DNA of 64,000 nt from NCBI GenBank assembly GCA_963740315.1, contig CAVUDP010000002.1:2592001-2656000 (forward strand), written 5' to 3'. Both the position numbers and the translations under genes were made by a program. Shown in pieces: positions 52,700-64,000 of the stretch. This DNA is from an uncultured cyanobacterium (lineage in GTDB: Bacteria; Cyanobacteriota; Cyanobacteriia; Cyanobacteriales; Nostocaceae). The notes below the pieces were generated by a model. The model did no database searches, was not told the DNA's origin, and saw only the letters and a program-made list of their open reading frames with translations. The first letter of the stretch is position 1, and each line of letters opens with the position of its first letter.

Positions 52700-53050
52700 T
52701 TAATCGTTATTATTTATTTCTTCATTGACTTCCCTATCTCGCAAAGCTGTTTCAAAGTCCATCCTTTGCTCTGCATTACGTAAAAAATAACCGCTAATCA
52801 TTGCTGAGGCTAAAAGCTTACCCAAACTTTCGCGGTTAGTAGTAATATCCACATTGAAGTGTTCTGAAGGCAAATTTCCTAAAAGTCCGATAATATTACG
52901 TTCTATCATTCCAAGTACTTCAGGAGAAGATGGTTTGGATAACTGGGTAATTGTCTCAGGACTTAAAGAACTAACATATTGCCACAATGAATTAGAAGTT
53001 TGAGATTCGCCATTAAAAAAACCCGAAACTCGATTGGATGGATTACTCAC
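52700..53050 (-). CDS. DUF760 family protein
   Basis: LWQYVSSLSPE...LLGNLPSEHF...LASAMISGYFLRNAEQR; GTG at 53050 with AGGAGG SD. Confidence 0.85.
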   Translation of the reverse strand: MSNPSNRVSGFFNGESQTSNSLWQYVSSLSPETITQLSKPSSPEVLGMIERNIIGLLGNLPSEHFNVDITTNRESLGKLLASAMISGYFLRNAEQRMDFETALRDREVNEEINNND

Positions 53051-53318
53051 GTTTTTCCTCCTTATATTTATAACCATCACAGTATAATAAATAACGATTC
53101 ACGGTATATCCTGTGTGGTGCTTTAAACCTACAATACTTAACTTATTATTTTTCTGCGTACATCTAGTGTAACAAATATATGCTTGATTGTAAGTTGGTG
53201 TAACCGTACCACGAGCATGGTATTTTCTCACCTCAATAAAAAATTGGGAGGAACCTAGTACCTCCCTTTTATGAACTCAGGATAAAGAGGACAACTATTC
53301 TGGCTCTAATTAATATTA

Positions 53319-54287
53319 TTAGCTAGCCAAATATTCATCCATATCACCTTTGGACTTGCGGAGTTTGTTTAAAGCTTCTCGCTCAATTTGCCTTACTCGT
53401 TCGCGGCTAATATTAAGCTGTTCGCCTATTTTCACAAGCGTCATAGCTTTTCCATCATTTAAACCAAAGCGCAAGGTAATAACTTGTCGCTGCTGGGGAG
53501 TAAGTTCGGCTATTAAACAATCTAATTCGTTAGATAATGAAGATTGCATGACAAAATCTTCTGGAGAAGCGTTTGGATCTTCTAACATTTCGCCAAGTTC
53601 GGTATCGTAATTATCTCCCAAACGCAAATCCAAGGATAAAGGAACACGCGCCCTTTCCAGATACTCGCGTACCTGCTTGGGAGTCAATTCCAATTCTTCC
53701 GCCAATTCAGCAACTGTTGCAGCACGTCCTAGCTTTTGAGATAGTTGACGCTGTGCTTTCTTAATTTTATTTAGTTTTTCGGTAATGTGAATCGGTAGAC
53801 GAATTGTACGACCTTTTTCGGCGATCGCCCGAGTAATTGCTTGACGAATCCACCAATAAGCATAAGTAGAAAATCTATAACCTTTACTGGGGTCGAACTT
53901 TTCTACACCCCGTTGCATTCCGATACTACCTTCCTGAATCAGATCAAGTAAATCGACATTACGTTTAATATATTTTTTCGCAACCGAAACTACAAGCCGC
54001 AAATTGGCTTCTACCATTTTGCGTTTAGCAATTTCACCTTGCTCTATTGTATCTTCTAATTCTTCAGGTTTTAATTCCGCACGCTCAGCCCATTCATCTA
54101 ACGTCGGTTGACGTTTCAATTCGGTAACAAGAGACTCCTTCACCGATTGTAAGGCTGTTGCACGATGTACCTGCTTGCCGAAAAGTATCTCTTCCTCGTG
54201 AGTTAAAAGTGGTACGCGACCAATTTCACGCAGATAAGTCCGCACGAGGTCTTTAGGTGTCTGGGCGGTCTTCATAGCGCTAGGCAT
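53319..54287 (-). CDS. sigD: Group 2 RNA polymerase sigma factor (SigD-type)
   Basis: [53 protein letters not shown]. The subtype call rests on recalled similarity and the dps-carB-sigma order. Confidence 0.8.
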   Translation of the reverse strand: MPSAMKTAQTPKDLVRTYLREIGRVPLLTHEEEILFGKQVHRATALQSVKESLVTELKRQPTLDEWAERAELKPEELEDTIEQGEIAKRKMVEANLRLVVSVAKKYIKRNVDLLDLIQEGSIGMQRGVEKFDPSKGYRFSTYAYWWIRQAITRAIAEKGRTIRLPIHITEKLNKIKKAQRQLSQKLGRAATVAELAEELELTPKQVREYLERARVPLSLDLRLGDNYDTELGEMLEDPNASPEDFVMQSSLSNELDCLIAELTPQQRQVITLRFGLNDGKAMTLVKIGEQLNISRERVRQIEREALNKLRKSKGDMDEYLAS

Positions 54288-55033
54288 AGATGGTAGTAAG
54301 TATGAATTTTGGCAGTAAGTTTACAATTAGATAAATGCATAGACCGGGTATACCTCAAAAAATTAGAGAACCCAGATTCTACAGAGTGCAATTCCAACAC
54401 CCTAGAAACTTGGCATAAGAATAATTTTAAATTGATTATTAATTGCTAATATTTGCAGGTTCTTGCCCTACTTCACAAGTGCCTACAGTTAGATAAAAGG
54501 TAACTTATTAAACATTTCTTCCATTTTTTATATTATAAATAATTGTAACCTTTATGAAAACTTTTTAGCCAGTATTAAATCTTTTCTTCATTGTCGCCTG
54601 AATTACTGGCAAATGAACTTAAAATTTTCCTAAAGAATGTCTAAAGCTCTTTAATTTAAGAACTTTTTTTGTTAATTTTGTTTACAAAATTAAATTTGTA
54701 AATGATAATGATTAATTTTTTATTACCCGAAGATCGCAAAGTCGTATAAAAAGGTCTGCATATTAAAGGTTAAAGGTTAAAGGTTAAAGGTATTGAGTGA
54801 GGAATTAGGAGTATTGAGTTAGGAGGGATATTGCGGAGGAAGCGGAGGAAGCGGAGGAAGCGGAGGAAGCGGAGGAAGAAAATAAATAATTAGTTTTCTT
54901 GTAAAAAAATTAATTGCTTCCCCTGCCTCAAGAGCCTCAAGAGCCTCAAGAACTCTCTTCTCCCCATCCCCTTGTCCCCTTAAGAGTCTCTCCCCCTCTT
55001 CCCCCTCTCCCCCCTCTCATCCCTTTCTTCTTT

Positions 55034-58000
55034 CTACTTAACTAAACTGTAATCTTGAATAAGTTTCACATCCAAATCAGTTTTTTGTAAGGAACGAATG
55101 GCGGCGAGGGTTGCTTTTGCTCCTGCAAGTGTAGTTAGCATGGGTATTTTGTAAGATAAAGCCGTGCGTCGAATTAGCCTACCATCGCTTTGAGCTTCTT
55201 GCCCGGAAGGGGTGTTGATAATCAATTGAATTTGACGATTTTTGATCGCATCAAGAACGTGGGGACGACCTTCATGAAGTTTGAGTACTCGATCTACATT
55301 TAATCCATTTTCTTTAAGTACTCGCTGGGTACCGCTGGTTGCCATTACCGAAAATCCTAATTCGATAAATTCTTTAACTACCGGAACCGCAGCAGCTTTA
55401 TCGCGATCGTTCATTGATACAAATACCGTGCCGCTCAAGGGTAAATGTTCTCCCGCACCCATTTCGGCTTTTGCATAGGCTCTACCGAAGTCGCTATCTA
55501 TACCCATTACTTCGCCGGTCGATCGCATTTCTGGTCCTAAGATGGTATCGGTACCTGGGAATTTATTAAATGGTAATACTGCTTCTTTAACGGCAATATG
55601 GGACGGTATAACTTCTTCGGTAAAGCCAAGTTCTTCTAAAGTTTTACCTGACATAATTAAAGATGCTATTTTTGCAAGCGGTACGCCTGTTGCTTTGGAA
55701 ACAAAGGGTACTGTACGAGAAGCGCGAGGATTTGCTTCTAAAATGTAAACTTGAGGAGAATAGGTTTGAGCGCCTGCAACAGCAAATTGGACGTTCATTA
55801 ATCCTACAACTTTTAAAGCTTGTGCCAGCTTGATAGTAGAATTACGAATTTGTTCGAGAATCGCTTGCGGTAAAGAAATTGCAGGTAGCGTACAAGCTGA
55901 GTCTCCTGAATGAATTCCCGCTTGCTCAATGTGTTCCATGATGCCACCAATCACGACTTTACCCGTGCTGTCGGCGATCGCATCTACATCCACTTCCGTA
56001 GCGTTTTCCAAAAACTTATCTACTAATATCGGATGTTCTGGTTCTACCTGTACCGCAAAAGTCATGTAGCGTTCGAGTTCTGCATCTGAGTAGACGATTT
56101 CCATTGCCCTTCCACCTAATACGTAGCTAGGACGCACTACTACGGGATAACCGATACGTTTGGCGACTATAATTGCATCTTCGTAGGTTCTAGCAATACC
56201 GTTAAGGGGCTGGGTTATATCTAATTCCTGAAGAATTTTTTCAAATTTTTCTCTATCTTCAGCAGCATCGATGGAATCGGGAGAAGTTCCCCAAATTTTG
56301 GTGGGTGAATCTGGGGATTCTGCTTCTCGATTTCGTAAATATTCTTGCAAAGGTAAGGCTAACTTTAAAGGCGTTTGTCCCCCAAACTGAATGATTATCC
56401 CTACCGGATTTTCCGCTTCAATAATATTAAGAACATCTTCCTTAGTTAACGGTTCAAAATAAAGGCGATCGCTGGTGTCGTAATCGGTGGAAACAGTTTC
56501 CGGATTCGAGTTAACCATAATTGTCTCATACCCTGCATCTTTGAGAGCGTAAGCAGCGTGACAGCAACAATAGTCAAATTCTATTCCTTGTCCGATACGG
56601 TTGGGACCTCCACCCAAAATCATCACCTTGGGTTTATCGCTCTTTATTATTTCGTCTTCTTCCTCATAAGTAGAGTAATGGTAAGGAGTGAATGCTTCAA
56701 ATTCCGCCGCACAGGTATCGACAGTTTTATAAACGGGGATAACTTCTAGTTGTTTGCGTTTTTCTCGAACTGCATCTTCGGTGGTTTTGGTTGCAAAAGC
56801 AATTTGCTTGTCGCTAAAACCATGTCGTTTTACTTCATACAATTGCTCTTTTGTCAACTGTTCTAGGGGAGTTCGCTTGATAAATTTTTCCACCTCTAGC
56901 AATTGCTGCATCTTATCTAAGAACCAGTGGTCAATTCCAGTCAGTTCGTAGATTTCCTCGATGCTGATTTTATGTTGCATCGCGTGACGCACGGCGAAAA
57001 TACGCTCCGGATTCGGCGTTCGCAATTGGGCGCGGATTTGTTCGCCAGAGGGTAATTTTTCGTGGCGATCGCAACCCCAACCAGCGCGTCCAGTTTCTAG
57101 GGAACGCAAAGCTTTTTGGAATGATTCGTTAAAAGTACGACCGATCGCCATTGCTTCCCCTACCGACTTCATTTGAGTTGTCAGCACCGAGGAGGAACCG
57201 GGAAATTTTTCAAAAGCGAAGCGGGGAATTTTGGTAACTACATAATCAATGGTTGGTTCAAAGGATGCAGGTGTTTCTTTTGTAATATCATTTTTAATTT
57301 CGTCTAAGGTGTAACCTACAGCTAACTTTGCAGCTATTTTAGCGATCGGAAAACCCGTAGCTTTACTAGCTAAAGCCGAACTGCGAGAAACGCGGGGGTT
57401 CATTTCAATTACAACTACTTCCCCGGTAAGCGGATTGACAGCAAATTGAATATTAGAACCGCCAGTTTCAACACCAATTTCGCGGATAATTTTAATCGCT
57501 ATATCCCGCAAGCGTTGGTATTCTTTGTCAGTAAGTGTTTGTGCGGGAGCAACAGTAATAGAATCTCCCGTATGAATACCCATCGGGTCAATATTTTCAA
57601 TCGAGCAGATAATCACCACATTATCCGCCAAATCCCGCATTACTTCTAATTCGTATTCCTTCCAACCCAACAAAGATTGGTCAATCAGAATTTGCGATAC
57701 GGGGGAAGCATCAATACCCGCTTGCGCCATTTGTTCAAATTCTTCTTGATTATAGGCAATACCGCCACCCGTACCGCCCATAGTAAAACCAGGACGAATA
57801 ATCAACGGATAGCTGCCAATACCTTTAGCTATGACTTTAGCTTCTTCCAAAGTTGAAGCCGTACCGCTAGGACAGATTGCCACACCAATTCGCGTCATTG
57901 CATCGCTAAACAGTCGTCTGTCTTCAGCTTTTTCAATAGCTTCTAACTTAGCCCCAATCAACTCAACGCCATACTTATCCAAAACACCATTTTTCGCCAA

Positions 58001-58303
58001 AGCTACAGCTATGTTAAGAGCAGTTTGTCCTCCCATAGTTGGTAATAAAGCATCGGGACGTTCCTTTTCAATAACTTTTTCTACCATTTCTGGCGTTAGC
58101 GGCTCAATATAAGTACGGTCAGCCGTATCTGGATCGGTCATAATTGTAGCTGGGTTAGAATTTACCAGTACAACTTCGTAACCTTCTTCCTGTAAAGATT
58201 TACAAGCTTGGGTACCGGAATAATCAAACTCGCAGGCTTGTCCAATAACGATCGGACCAGAACCTAATAATAAAATTTTTTGAAGGTCTTGACGACGGGG
58301 CAT
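55034..58303 (-). CDS. carB: Carbamoyl-phosphate synthase large subunit
   Basis: [17 protein letters not shown], duplicated ATP-grasp halves and a C-terminal MGS domain. Confidence 0.98.
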   Translation of the reverse strand: MPRRQDLQKILLLGSGPIVIGQACEFDYSGTQACKSLQEEGYEVVLVNSNPATIMTDPDTADRTYIEPLTPEMVEKVIEKERPDALLPTMGGQTALNIAVALAKNGVLDKYGVELIGAKLEAIEKAEDRRLFSDAMTRIGVAICPSGTASTLEEAKVIAKGIGSYPLIIRPGFTMGGTGGGIAYNQEEFEQMAQAGIDASPVSQILIDQSLLGWKEYELEVMRDLADNVVIICSIENIDPMGIHTGDSITVAPAQTLTDKEYQRLRDIAIKIIREIGVETGGSNIQFAVNPLTGEVVVIEMNPRVSRSSALASKATGFPIAKIAAKLAVGYTLDEIKNDITKETPASFEPTIDYVVTKIPRFAFEKFPGSSSVLTTQMKSVGEAMAIGRTFNESFQKALRSLETGRAGWGCDRHEKLPSGEQIRAQLRTPNPERIFAVRHAMQHKISIEEIYELTGIDHWFLDKMQQLLEVEKFIKRTPLEQLTKEQLYEVKRHGFSDKQIAFATKTTEDAVREKRKQLEVIPVYKTVDTCAAEFEAFTPYHYSTYEEEDEIIKSDKPKVMILGGGPNRIGQGIEFDYCCCHAAYALKDAGYETIMVNSNPETVSTDYDTSDRLYFEPLTKEDVLNIIEAENPVGIIIQFGGQTPLKLALPLQEYLRNREAESPDSPTKIWGTSPDSIDAAEDREKFEKILQELDITQPLNGIARTYEDAIIVAKRIGYPVVVRPSYVLGGRAMEIVYSDAELERYMTFAVQVEPEHPILVDKFLENATEVDVDAIADSTGKVVIGGIMEHIEQAGIHSGDSACTLPAISLPQAILEQIRNSTIKLAQALKVVGLMNVQFAVAGAQTYSPQVYILEANPRASRTVPFVSKATGVPLAKIASLIMSGKTLEELGFTEEVIPSHIAVKEAVLPFNKFPGTDTILGPEMRSTGEVMGIDSDFGRAYAKAEMGAGEHLPLSGTVFVSMNDRDKAAAVPVVKEFIELGFSVMATSGTQRVLKENGLNVDRVLKLHEGRPHVLDAIKNRQIQLIINTPSGQEAQSDGRLIRRTALSYKIPMLTTLAGAKATLAAIRSLQKTDLDVKLIQDYSLVK

Positions 58304-58645
58304 AGTTGTTGCCTTTAAATATGAGAATATGAATCCCGATCATTTTAAGTTCTTTACTGACCACTTATGCTGTTTATTATCAAGTTTTGTTGGTTCCATG
58401 ACCAAATTTTACAACTATATACGGTCAAAGCCGCGTAAATGAAGGGTCTGACTCTGCACCTCGTAAAGGCTTATCCTAATGTAAAATTTGAAACAAGGGC
58501 ATAAGTAACCAGTTACTAAATAATCTGGTTTAGTTAGAAAAAATTATTTGTATTATCTATTTGTATTATCAAGGCGCTTTTAACCCAACATCAAAATTTT
58601 GGTTTTGATTAGATTAAGCATCTGCAAAATATTCGCTTTTAAAAC

Positions 58646-58662
58646 TTGAGAAATAATCTCAA
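58646..58662. promoter_or_regulatory. Fur-box-like palindrome
   Basis: TTGAGA-AATAA-TCTCAA between dps and carB. Confidence 0.4.
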
Positions 58663-58834
58663 TTGCTCGGAATTACTTTAAAAAAAGTTCCATGACTATT
58701 AAAAAAAATTAACATTAATTTAAATCAATTAAGTAGAAACAAACGATAATTCGTCTCAAAAAGTATTTTTACAAAAGTATTTATAAGAAAATATTAGGGC
58801 AATCATCATAAAATAATTGGACACCTAATTAAAA

Positions 58835-58867
58835 ATGGCAGAGAGATAACGATGTACTCTCTGCCAT
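58835..58867 (-). terminator. Probable terminator after dps
   Basis: ATGGCAGAGAG-loop-CTCTCTGCCAT with a U-tract on the minus strand. Confidence 0.65.
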
Positions 58868-58947
58868 AAATTAAAATTTTAAGTTATATGCGAAATTTTC
58901 TAGAGTAAGAACGTAGATAAGCTTGTTCTAATTCTATATAAGAAATG

Positions 58948-59502
58948 TTAGTTATGAGCAGACTGAACAAATCCTAAAGTTAAGCTGTCCTTAGCTAGGA
59001 AGTGAGATAAGTGATAAGCACGCTCCTCAGTTTTTATAAGCATTTGCTCGTACAAAAGTCTTGTAGCTCTATCGCCCAAACTCTCAGCCTGAGTAGCTTG
59101 GCGACGAATTACCCCAATCATAGCTTGTTCGGCTTTCAAGTCGTTTTCTATCATTTGACGACAAGAATAGATCCCATCAGATTCTTGTTCAAAGCAGCAT
59201 AATTCCGCTAATTTGCTGAAAGAAGCAACGGGTACACCGCCAAGTCCATTCAAGCGCTCTCCAATTTCATGGATATGACCTTGTACTTCTTGATAGCAAT
59301 CGTTAAAAAAGTCATGCAGCGAATAAAATTCCGAACCTTCTACAACGAAATGATGCTTTTGGTACTGTATATATAACGCTTGAAAACTCGCCAATGTAAC
59401 GTTAAAACCTTCACAAACTGGTTCTGTAACGCTCTTGTCTAGTAAGACTGGATTGTCATAAACCTGACCAAAATTTTGTAATAAAGTTTGTGTGTCAGCC
59501 AT
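58948..59502 (-). CDS. dpsA: Dps (DpsA-type) DNA starvation/iron-binding protein
   Basis: [18 protein letters not shown]...[12 protein letters not shown] ferritin-like motifs. Confidence 0.92.
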   Translation of the reverse strand: MADTQTLLQNFGQVYDNPVLLDKSVTEPVCEGFNVTLASFQALYIQYQKHHFVVEGSEFYSLHDFFNDCYQEVQGHIHEIGERLNGLGGVPVASFSKLAELCCFEQESDGIYSCRQMIENDLKAEQAMIGVIRRQATQAESLGDRATRLLYEQMLIKTEERAYHLSHFLAKDSLTLGFVQSAHN

Positions 59503-59959
59503 TGTTTTCCTCGCTTATTATCGTCGATTAGCAGCTTGATTTGCTAACTGCTTAGCTTTTATATATTAGCACTATAAAAACCAAATTACGTCTGTAAAAT
59601 ATGACAGATTTTTGAGCTTTATGTTTAATATTTATTCAATTTTTGCTAATTAGAAATTTCTATTTCTGACCTTATTGACATCTTTTTTCTCAATTACGCG
59701 ACCATTTTATCCTTCATCAGTAATTTATCTGCCTGCATCAAATACCCAAGAGCTAACAAAATTAACTAATTAGACATCTTTCTGGGCGCATCCTAATTAA
59801 TAAACCGCGTAACTAAATTTAATAGAAATACTTATAAATAAAATTTGCGAAAAACTTACTCTAAGATAGCTGGTATTTTTGTTCAATCCAGCCAAATTGG
59901 CAGATTTCTTAGTGGGAGGGGGAGAGGCGGAGATGGGGGAGATAGGGAGAGGGGGAGAT

Positions 59960-60059
59960 GGTAAGCCACTGCGCCCTCGCGGGTTCCCCGACTTGTAGCA
60001 AGTGGCGCAACCCGTTCACGCGTTCACCGCGCTTGTGCGGCGAGGGCGTGCGGCGAGCG
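59960..60059 (+). repeat. Composite small dispersed repeat, copy E (100 bp)
   Basis: Copy-D backbone plus a 21-nt insert TTCACCGCGCTTGTGCGGCGA. Confidence 0.9.
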
Positions 60060-60112
60060 GGGAGATGGGGAGACAAGGGGACAAGGGGACAAGGGGACAA
60101 GGGGAAATTTAA

Positions 60113-60207
60113 ACTACTAACTACTAACTACTAACTACTAACTACTAACTACTAACTACTAACTCCCTACTCCCTACTCCTAACTGCTAACTGCTAACTG
60201 CTAACTG
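60113..60207. repeat. STRR heptamers (AACTACT)n/(AACTGCT)n
   Basis: Read directly. Confidence 0.9.
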
Positions 60208-60329
60208 ATTATGAGGAGTTTTTATTTTTTTTCAAAAGTTACTGAGAAAAGTTTGCATTTAACATATAATTGTCAAGGAAGCTGAATCGCAAACTTAAAG
60301 CAGTATTGTAACTGCGAGTTTATTGCACT

Positions 60330-60602
60330 TTGAGGGTATTAGTCTTGAAATCGTTTGATTCGCAGTCACAGACAAAACACGTTGTTGAGGTGAGTTGGGC
60401 AGATCGTTGGCAAGTCTATCAACGGTTGGAGGAATTGCATATTCCTTGTTGGTGTGGTACTAATCAACCTTTAACTGTTGAAATTGCTAACACCGCCGCT
60501 GCGATCCAATTGTGGAGCGTTATGCGGCAATTAAATGCCTCCCGTCAAGACCTAATCTGTACTCTTAAGGAGTGCTTGAATTATCGTCCGAAGCACATCT
60601 AA
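60330..60602 (+). CDS. Asr1405/Asl0597 family protein
   Basis: WADRWQVYQRLEELHIPCWC...IQLWSVMRQ; start codon uncertain. Confidence 0.8.
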   Translation: MRVLVLKSFDSQSQTKHVVEVSWADRWQVYQRLEELHIPCWCGTNQPLTVEIANTAAAIQLWSVMRQLNASRQDLICTLKECLNYRPKHI

Positions 60603-60707
60603 TTCTAATGGTGCTTAGTTGTGCTTAGTTCTAATTAGAGGGTCATCTGGGTGTAAATCCTTGCGCCATTGCAGAAGAGTATTAGTTATTAAATTGGATT
60701 AGGAATA

Positions 60708-61343
60708 ATGGGAAAATCTCAACGTAAAGAAACGTCAGAATTTTGTCTTGAAGGACGATTTTTAGATTTTGTAATCAAAGATGGCTATAAACTCAAAGGT
60801 TTGATGTTGGGGACTTCGGAAGGCGATCGCTACATTAAATTAGCGAAGCATTTGAGAGATGCTTTTGATTTACGTCTACCCCCCGGTACTTGGTTGCAGG
60901 TTGTGGGTGAAAAAAATTATGACACAAAAACTGGTGAAGTTAAATTAAAAGCCGAGCGAGTTATGGCTGCTCGTGCTGAAGTGGAAACAAAAGAAGTACA
61001 GACTATACCTACACAGAAACCGAAAGAGAAATCGGCAGTGGAGGCTAAAAAGAATACTATATTAGTATGTCAAAAATCTAGCTGTATGAAGCGCGGTGGT
61101 AAAAAGCTATGTCAAGCAATAGCAGCTTCTGTGAGCGAACGTGGAATAGAAGACCAAGTTACAATCAAAGGTACGGGCTGCATGAAAAAATGTAAAGCTG
61201 GTCCTAATTTGATAATGCCAGACAAGACTCGTTACAGCAAAATTCAAGCAGAACAAGTATCTACAGTGATGGAGAAGCATTTTGGTCCTAAAGAGCAAGT
61301 AGAAATTCCTATTTCAGAAATAGTTAACGTAAATAAGAAGTAA
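60708..61343 (+). CDS. Thioredoxin-like (2Fe-2S) ferredoxin domain protein with N-terminal OB-like domain
   Basis: VCQKSSCMKRG...TGCMKKCKAGPN four-Cys motif. Confidence 0.88.
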   Translation: MGKSQRKETSEFCLEGRFLDFVIKDGYKLKGLMLGTSEGDRYIKLAKHLRDAFDLRLPPGTWLQVVGEKNYDTKTGEVKLKAERVMAARAEVETKEVQTIPTQKPKEKSAVEAKKNTILVCQKSSCMKRGGKKLCQAIAASVSERGIEDQVTIKGTGCMKKCKAGPNLIMPDKTRYSKIQAEQVSTVMEKHFGPKEQVEIPISEIVNVNKK

Positions 61344-61436
61344 ACTACCTTACATTTAATGCGAGAATTTACCAAAAGGCTTGCAGTTAATGTTTGTGCT
61401 ATCTCCCTAATATTTGATAAGTATTTTCAACTATGA

Positions 61437-61468
61437 AAGCCCGGTTTGCAAAGCAAGCTGGGTTTTTG
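61437..61468 (+). terminator. Probable terminator after the ferredoxin gene
   Basis: AAGCCCGGTTTGC-AAA-GCAAGCTGGGTTTTT. Confidence 0.65.
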
Positions 61469-61540
61469 TGGTTTTGATATGTTTATTTGTAGCAACGCCG
61501 AAAAAAGAGATAATATTTTTTTTGCTATAAATTTCTAACT

Positions 61541-62170
61541 ATGACATCACGCTCCCCCAGTTTGATATCTCCCAATTCCATACAGGCACGGGCATCAAGT
61601 TCGACTTTAAAATTAGGAATTATGGCGAGTGGTAATGGTAGTAATTTTGAAGCAATTGCCCAAGCGATTCAAAACGGACAATTAAACGCTCAAATTAAAG
61701 TTTTAATTTACAACAATCCGGATGCTTATGCCGCAGTACGTGCAGACAACTGGAAAATCAAAAGCGTACTCATCAATCATCGCGACTACAAGCACCGAGA
61801 AGAGCTAGATAGACAAATTGTACAAACTTTGCTCCAACATGGCGTTGAATGGGTAATTATGGCTGGCTGGATGCGATTGGTGACTCAAGTATTAATCGAT
61901 GCATTTCCTCAAAAAATTATTAATATTCATCCCAGCTTGTTACCGAGCTTTAAAGGAGTACGTGCAGTAGAACAAGCTTTAGCTACCGGAGTCAAAATAA
62001 CGGGCTGCACGGTACATCTAGTGTCCTTGGAAATGGATAGCGGTACAATTTTGATGCAAGCTGCCGTACCAGTACTACCTGATGATAACCCCGATACACT
62101 CCACGCCAGAATTCAAGTTGAAGAACATCGGATAATAACCGCAGCAATTGCTTTAGCAGCAGAGGGATGA
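61541..62170 (+). CDS. purN: Phosphoribosylglycinamide formyltransferase
   Basis: ASGNGSN, AGWMR, INIHPSLLP, GCTVH. Confidence 0.96.
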   Translation: MTSRSPSLISPNSIQARASSSTLKLGIMASGNGSNFEAIAQAIQNGQLNAQIKVLIYNNPDAYAAVRADNWKIKSVLINHRDYKHREELDRQIVQTLLQHGVEWVIMAGWMRLVTQVLIDAFPQKIINIHPSLLPSFKGVRAVEQALATGVKITGCTVHLVSLEMDSGTILMQAAVPVLPDDNPDTLHARIQVEEHRIITAAIALAAEG

Positions 62171-62335
62171 AGGGGGATGGGGGGATGGGGGGATGGGGGG
62201 AGGGGGAGAGGGGGTAGAGGGGGGAGAGGGGGTAGAAATTTAAATTAGTAATTAGTAACTGGTAACTGGTAACTGTTAACTGTTAACTGGTAACTGCTAA
62301 CTCCTAACTCCTAACTCCTAACTCCTAACTCCTAA
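62171..62335. repeat. G-rich STRR plus (TAACTGG/TAACTCC)n heptamers
   Basis: Read directly. Confidence 0.85.
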
Positions 62336-62411
62336 ATTCCAATTACGAATTTATCCTATTTCTCCTATAGGGGGTACAATAAATGCCGATTGTCTTCCCA
62401 AAGAAAGTTCT

Positions 62412-62969
62412 ATGATTTCTAGTAACGACTTTCGTACTGGTGTATCGATTGTATTAGATGGTTCGGTATGGCGAGTGGTGGAATTCCTCCACGTTAAGCC
62501 GGGTAAAGGTTCTGCTTTTGTACGCACAAAACTTAAAAGCGTTACTACTGGTAATACAGTAGAAAAAACGTTCCGGGCTGGGGAAACGGTACCTCAAGCC
62601 ACTTTAGAAAAAAGTACTATGCAGCATACCTATAAAGAAGGTGAGGATTTCGTCTTTATGGATATGGAAACTTATGAAGAAAACCGTTTAAGTTCCGACC
62701 AAATTGGTAGTGGTGTTAAATATCTTTCTGAAGGTATGGAGGTGAGTGTTGTTCGTTGGAATGACCAAGTGCTGGAGGTAGAATTACCTAACTCTGTGGT
62801 ACTGGAAATTGTAGAAACTGACCCCGGTGTAAAAGGTGATACTGCCACAGGTGGTACTAAACCTGCAAAGCTGGAAAGTGGAGCTTCTGTTATGGTTCCT
62901 TTGTTTATTTCTCAAGGCGAGCGTATTCGTATTGATACCCGTGACGATAAATATTTAGGTAGAGAATAA
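62412..62969 (+). CDS. efp: Elongation factor P
   Basis: [20 protein letters not shown]. Confidence 0.98.
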   Translation: MISSNDFRTGVSIVLDGSVWRVVEFLHVKPGKGSAFVRTKLKSVTTGNTVEKTFRAGETVPQATLEKSTMQHTYKEGEDFVFMDMETYEENRLSSDQIGSGVKYLSEGMEVSVVRWNDQVLEVELPNSVVLEIVETDPGVKGDTATGGTKPAKLESGASVMVPLFISQGERIRIDTRDDKYLGRE

Positions 62970-63101
62970 CTGCGACTTGATTTTTTTTAAAGGAAAGCGC
63001 TAATTGTCATCTTACTGCGGGGGGATATTTATCCCTACCGTTTTCAAACCTAATATATCGATTGTTTATCTATAAACTGATTCTATGAGGATATTTAAAC
63101 T

Positions 63102-63614
63102 GTGTCATTAGATTTTAATGAAATCCGTCAGCTTTTAGCGACTATTGCACAAACGGACATTAATGAAGTAAATCTTAAAAGCGAAAATTTTGAACTAACG
63201 GTACGTAAGGGTATTAGTTCTGCTCACCAAATGCCTTCAGAAGTAGTTGCAGCACCATCCGCGCCGAAAAATATTCCTAGTTCAGATACCCCAACACCAG
63301 AAAATGTTAATCGGGGGGCGATCGAGAGTGCGAATGGAGGAGGACAAGCTATTTCTACAGCAAAAGATTCTAAACTCGTAGAAGTTTATTCGCCAATGGT
63401 AGGAACCTTTTATCGCGCTCCTGCACCGGGAGAATCGGCGTTTGTAGAGGTTGGCGATCGCATTCGTAAAAGCGATACGGTATGTATTATTGAAGCGATG
63501 AAATTAATGAACGAGATCGAGGCAGAATTATCGGGTCAAGTAATGGAAATTTTAGTGGAAAATGGTGCTTCTGTAGAATATGGTCAAGCTTTGATGCGAA
63601 TTAACCCCGATTAA
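63102..63614 (+). CDS. accB: Acetyl-CoA carboxylase biotin carboxyl carrier protein
   Basis: SPMVGTFYRAP and the EAMKLM biotinylation motif; follows efp. Confidence 0.97.
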   Translation: MSLDFNEIRQLLATIAQTDINEVNLKSENFELTVRKGISSAHQMPSEVVAAPSAPKNIPSSDTPTPENVNRGAIESANGGGQAISTAKDSKLVEVYSPMVGTFYRAPAPGESAFVEVGDRIRKSDTVCIIEAMKLMNEIEAELSGQVMEILVENGASVEYGQALMRINPD

Positions 63615-63682
63615 GTATTAATCTATATAACGAATGTGTCATTGTAAAAAAAGTTAGTCCCATTCGTGGCGGGTCAATTCTG

Positions 63683-64000
63683 ATGAAACAAATGTTGCCT
63701 GTACCTTTAGAAGTGGTGCAACAAGTAGCTGAATATTTCAGTCTGTTGAGTGAACCGATGCGTCTCCGGTTGTTGCATCTACTTCGAGATGAAGAAAAGT
63801 GCGTGCAAGAATTGGTAGAGGCAACCCATACTTCACAGGCTAATGTATCAAAACACCTTAAGGTAATGTGGCAAGCGGGAATTCTCAGTCGCCGCAGTGA
63901 GGGTACTTGTGCCTACTACCGAGTTGAAGATCATATGATTTTTGAACTGTGCAACCAAGTTTGCGAACGTCTCGCTGCTAGGTTGGAACAACAAGCCCGG
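63683..64000 (+). CDS. ArsR/SmtB family transcriptional regulator (3' end outside window)
   Basis: Manual translation: MKQMLPVPLEVVQQVAEYFSLLSEPMRLRLL...SQANVSKHLKVM...YYRV. Confidence 0.9.
   Translation, partial: MKQMLPVPLEVVQQVAEYFSLLSEPMRLRLLHLLRDEEKCVQELVEATHTSQANVSKHLKVMWQAGILSRRSEGTCAYYRVEDHMIFELCNQVCERLAARLEQQAR

Overview
This is a 64-kb chromosomal window from a heterocyst-forming cyanobacterium (Nostocales), judged from frequent HIP1 GCGATCGC sites, heptamer STRR repeats and the hetC and hetP genes. The flanks are mostly housekeeping. On the left are a Ser/Thr kinase, GH57, nfu, a GAF histidine kinase, lepA and tamB; on the right are GH116, hisD, a group-2 sigma factor, carB, dps, purN, efp, accB and an ArsR regulator. 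The centre (about 24.9-47 kb) is an AT-rich secretion/differentiation island. It holds two PEP-CTERM proteins, an RTX-like beta-roll protein, a small double-glycine-leader protein with an alternating beta-strand pattern, two parvulin PPIases, HlyD, a cNMP-C39 peptidase ABC exporter, the remnant of a second exporter, hetP and hetC. The most notable observations are: (i) a candidate type I-secreted fibre/amyloid matrix module; (ii) a c-di-GMP-I-riboswitch-like RNA fold in the leader of the exporter operon; (iii) a HetR operator separated from hetP by a 323-codon open frame that looks like a catalytically dead, very diverged IS4 transposase; (iv) HetC with a degenerate ATPase site; (v) three adjacent glycine-zipper/11-mer amphipathic repeat proteins behind a perfect NtcA box; (vi) a family of nested small dispersed repeats. 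All family assignments come from reading motifs and from recalled homologues; no database searches were run.
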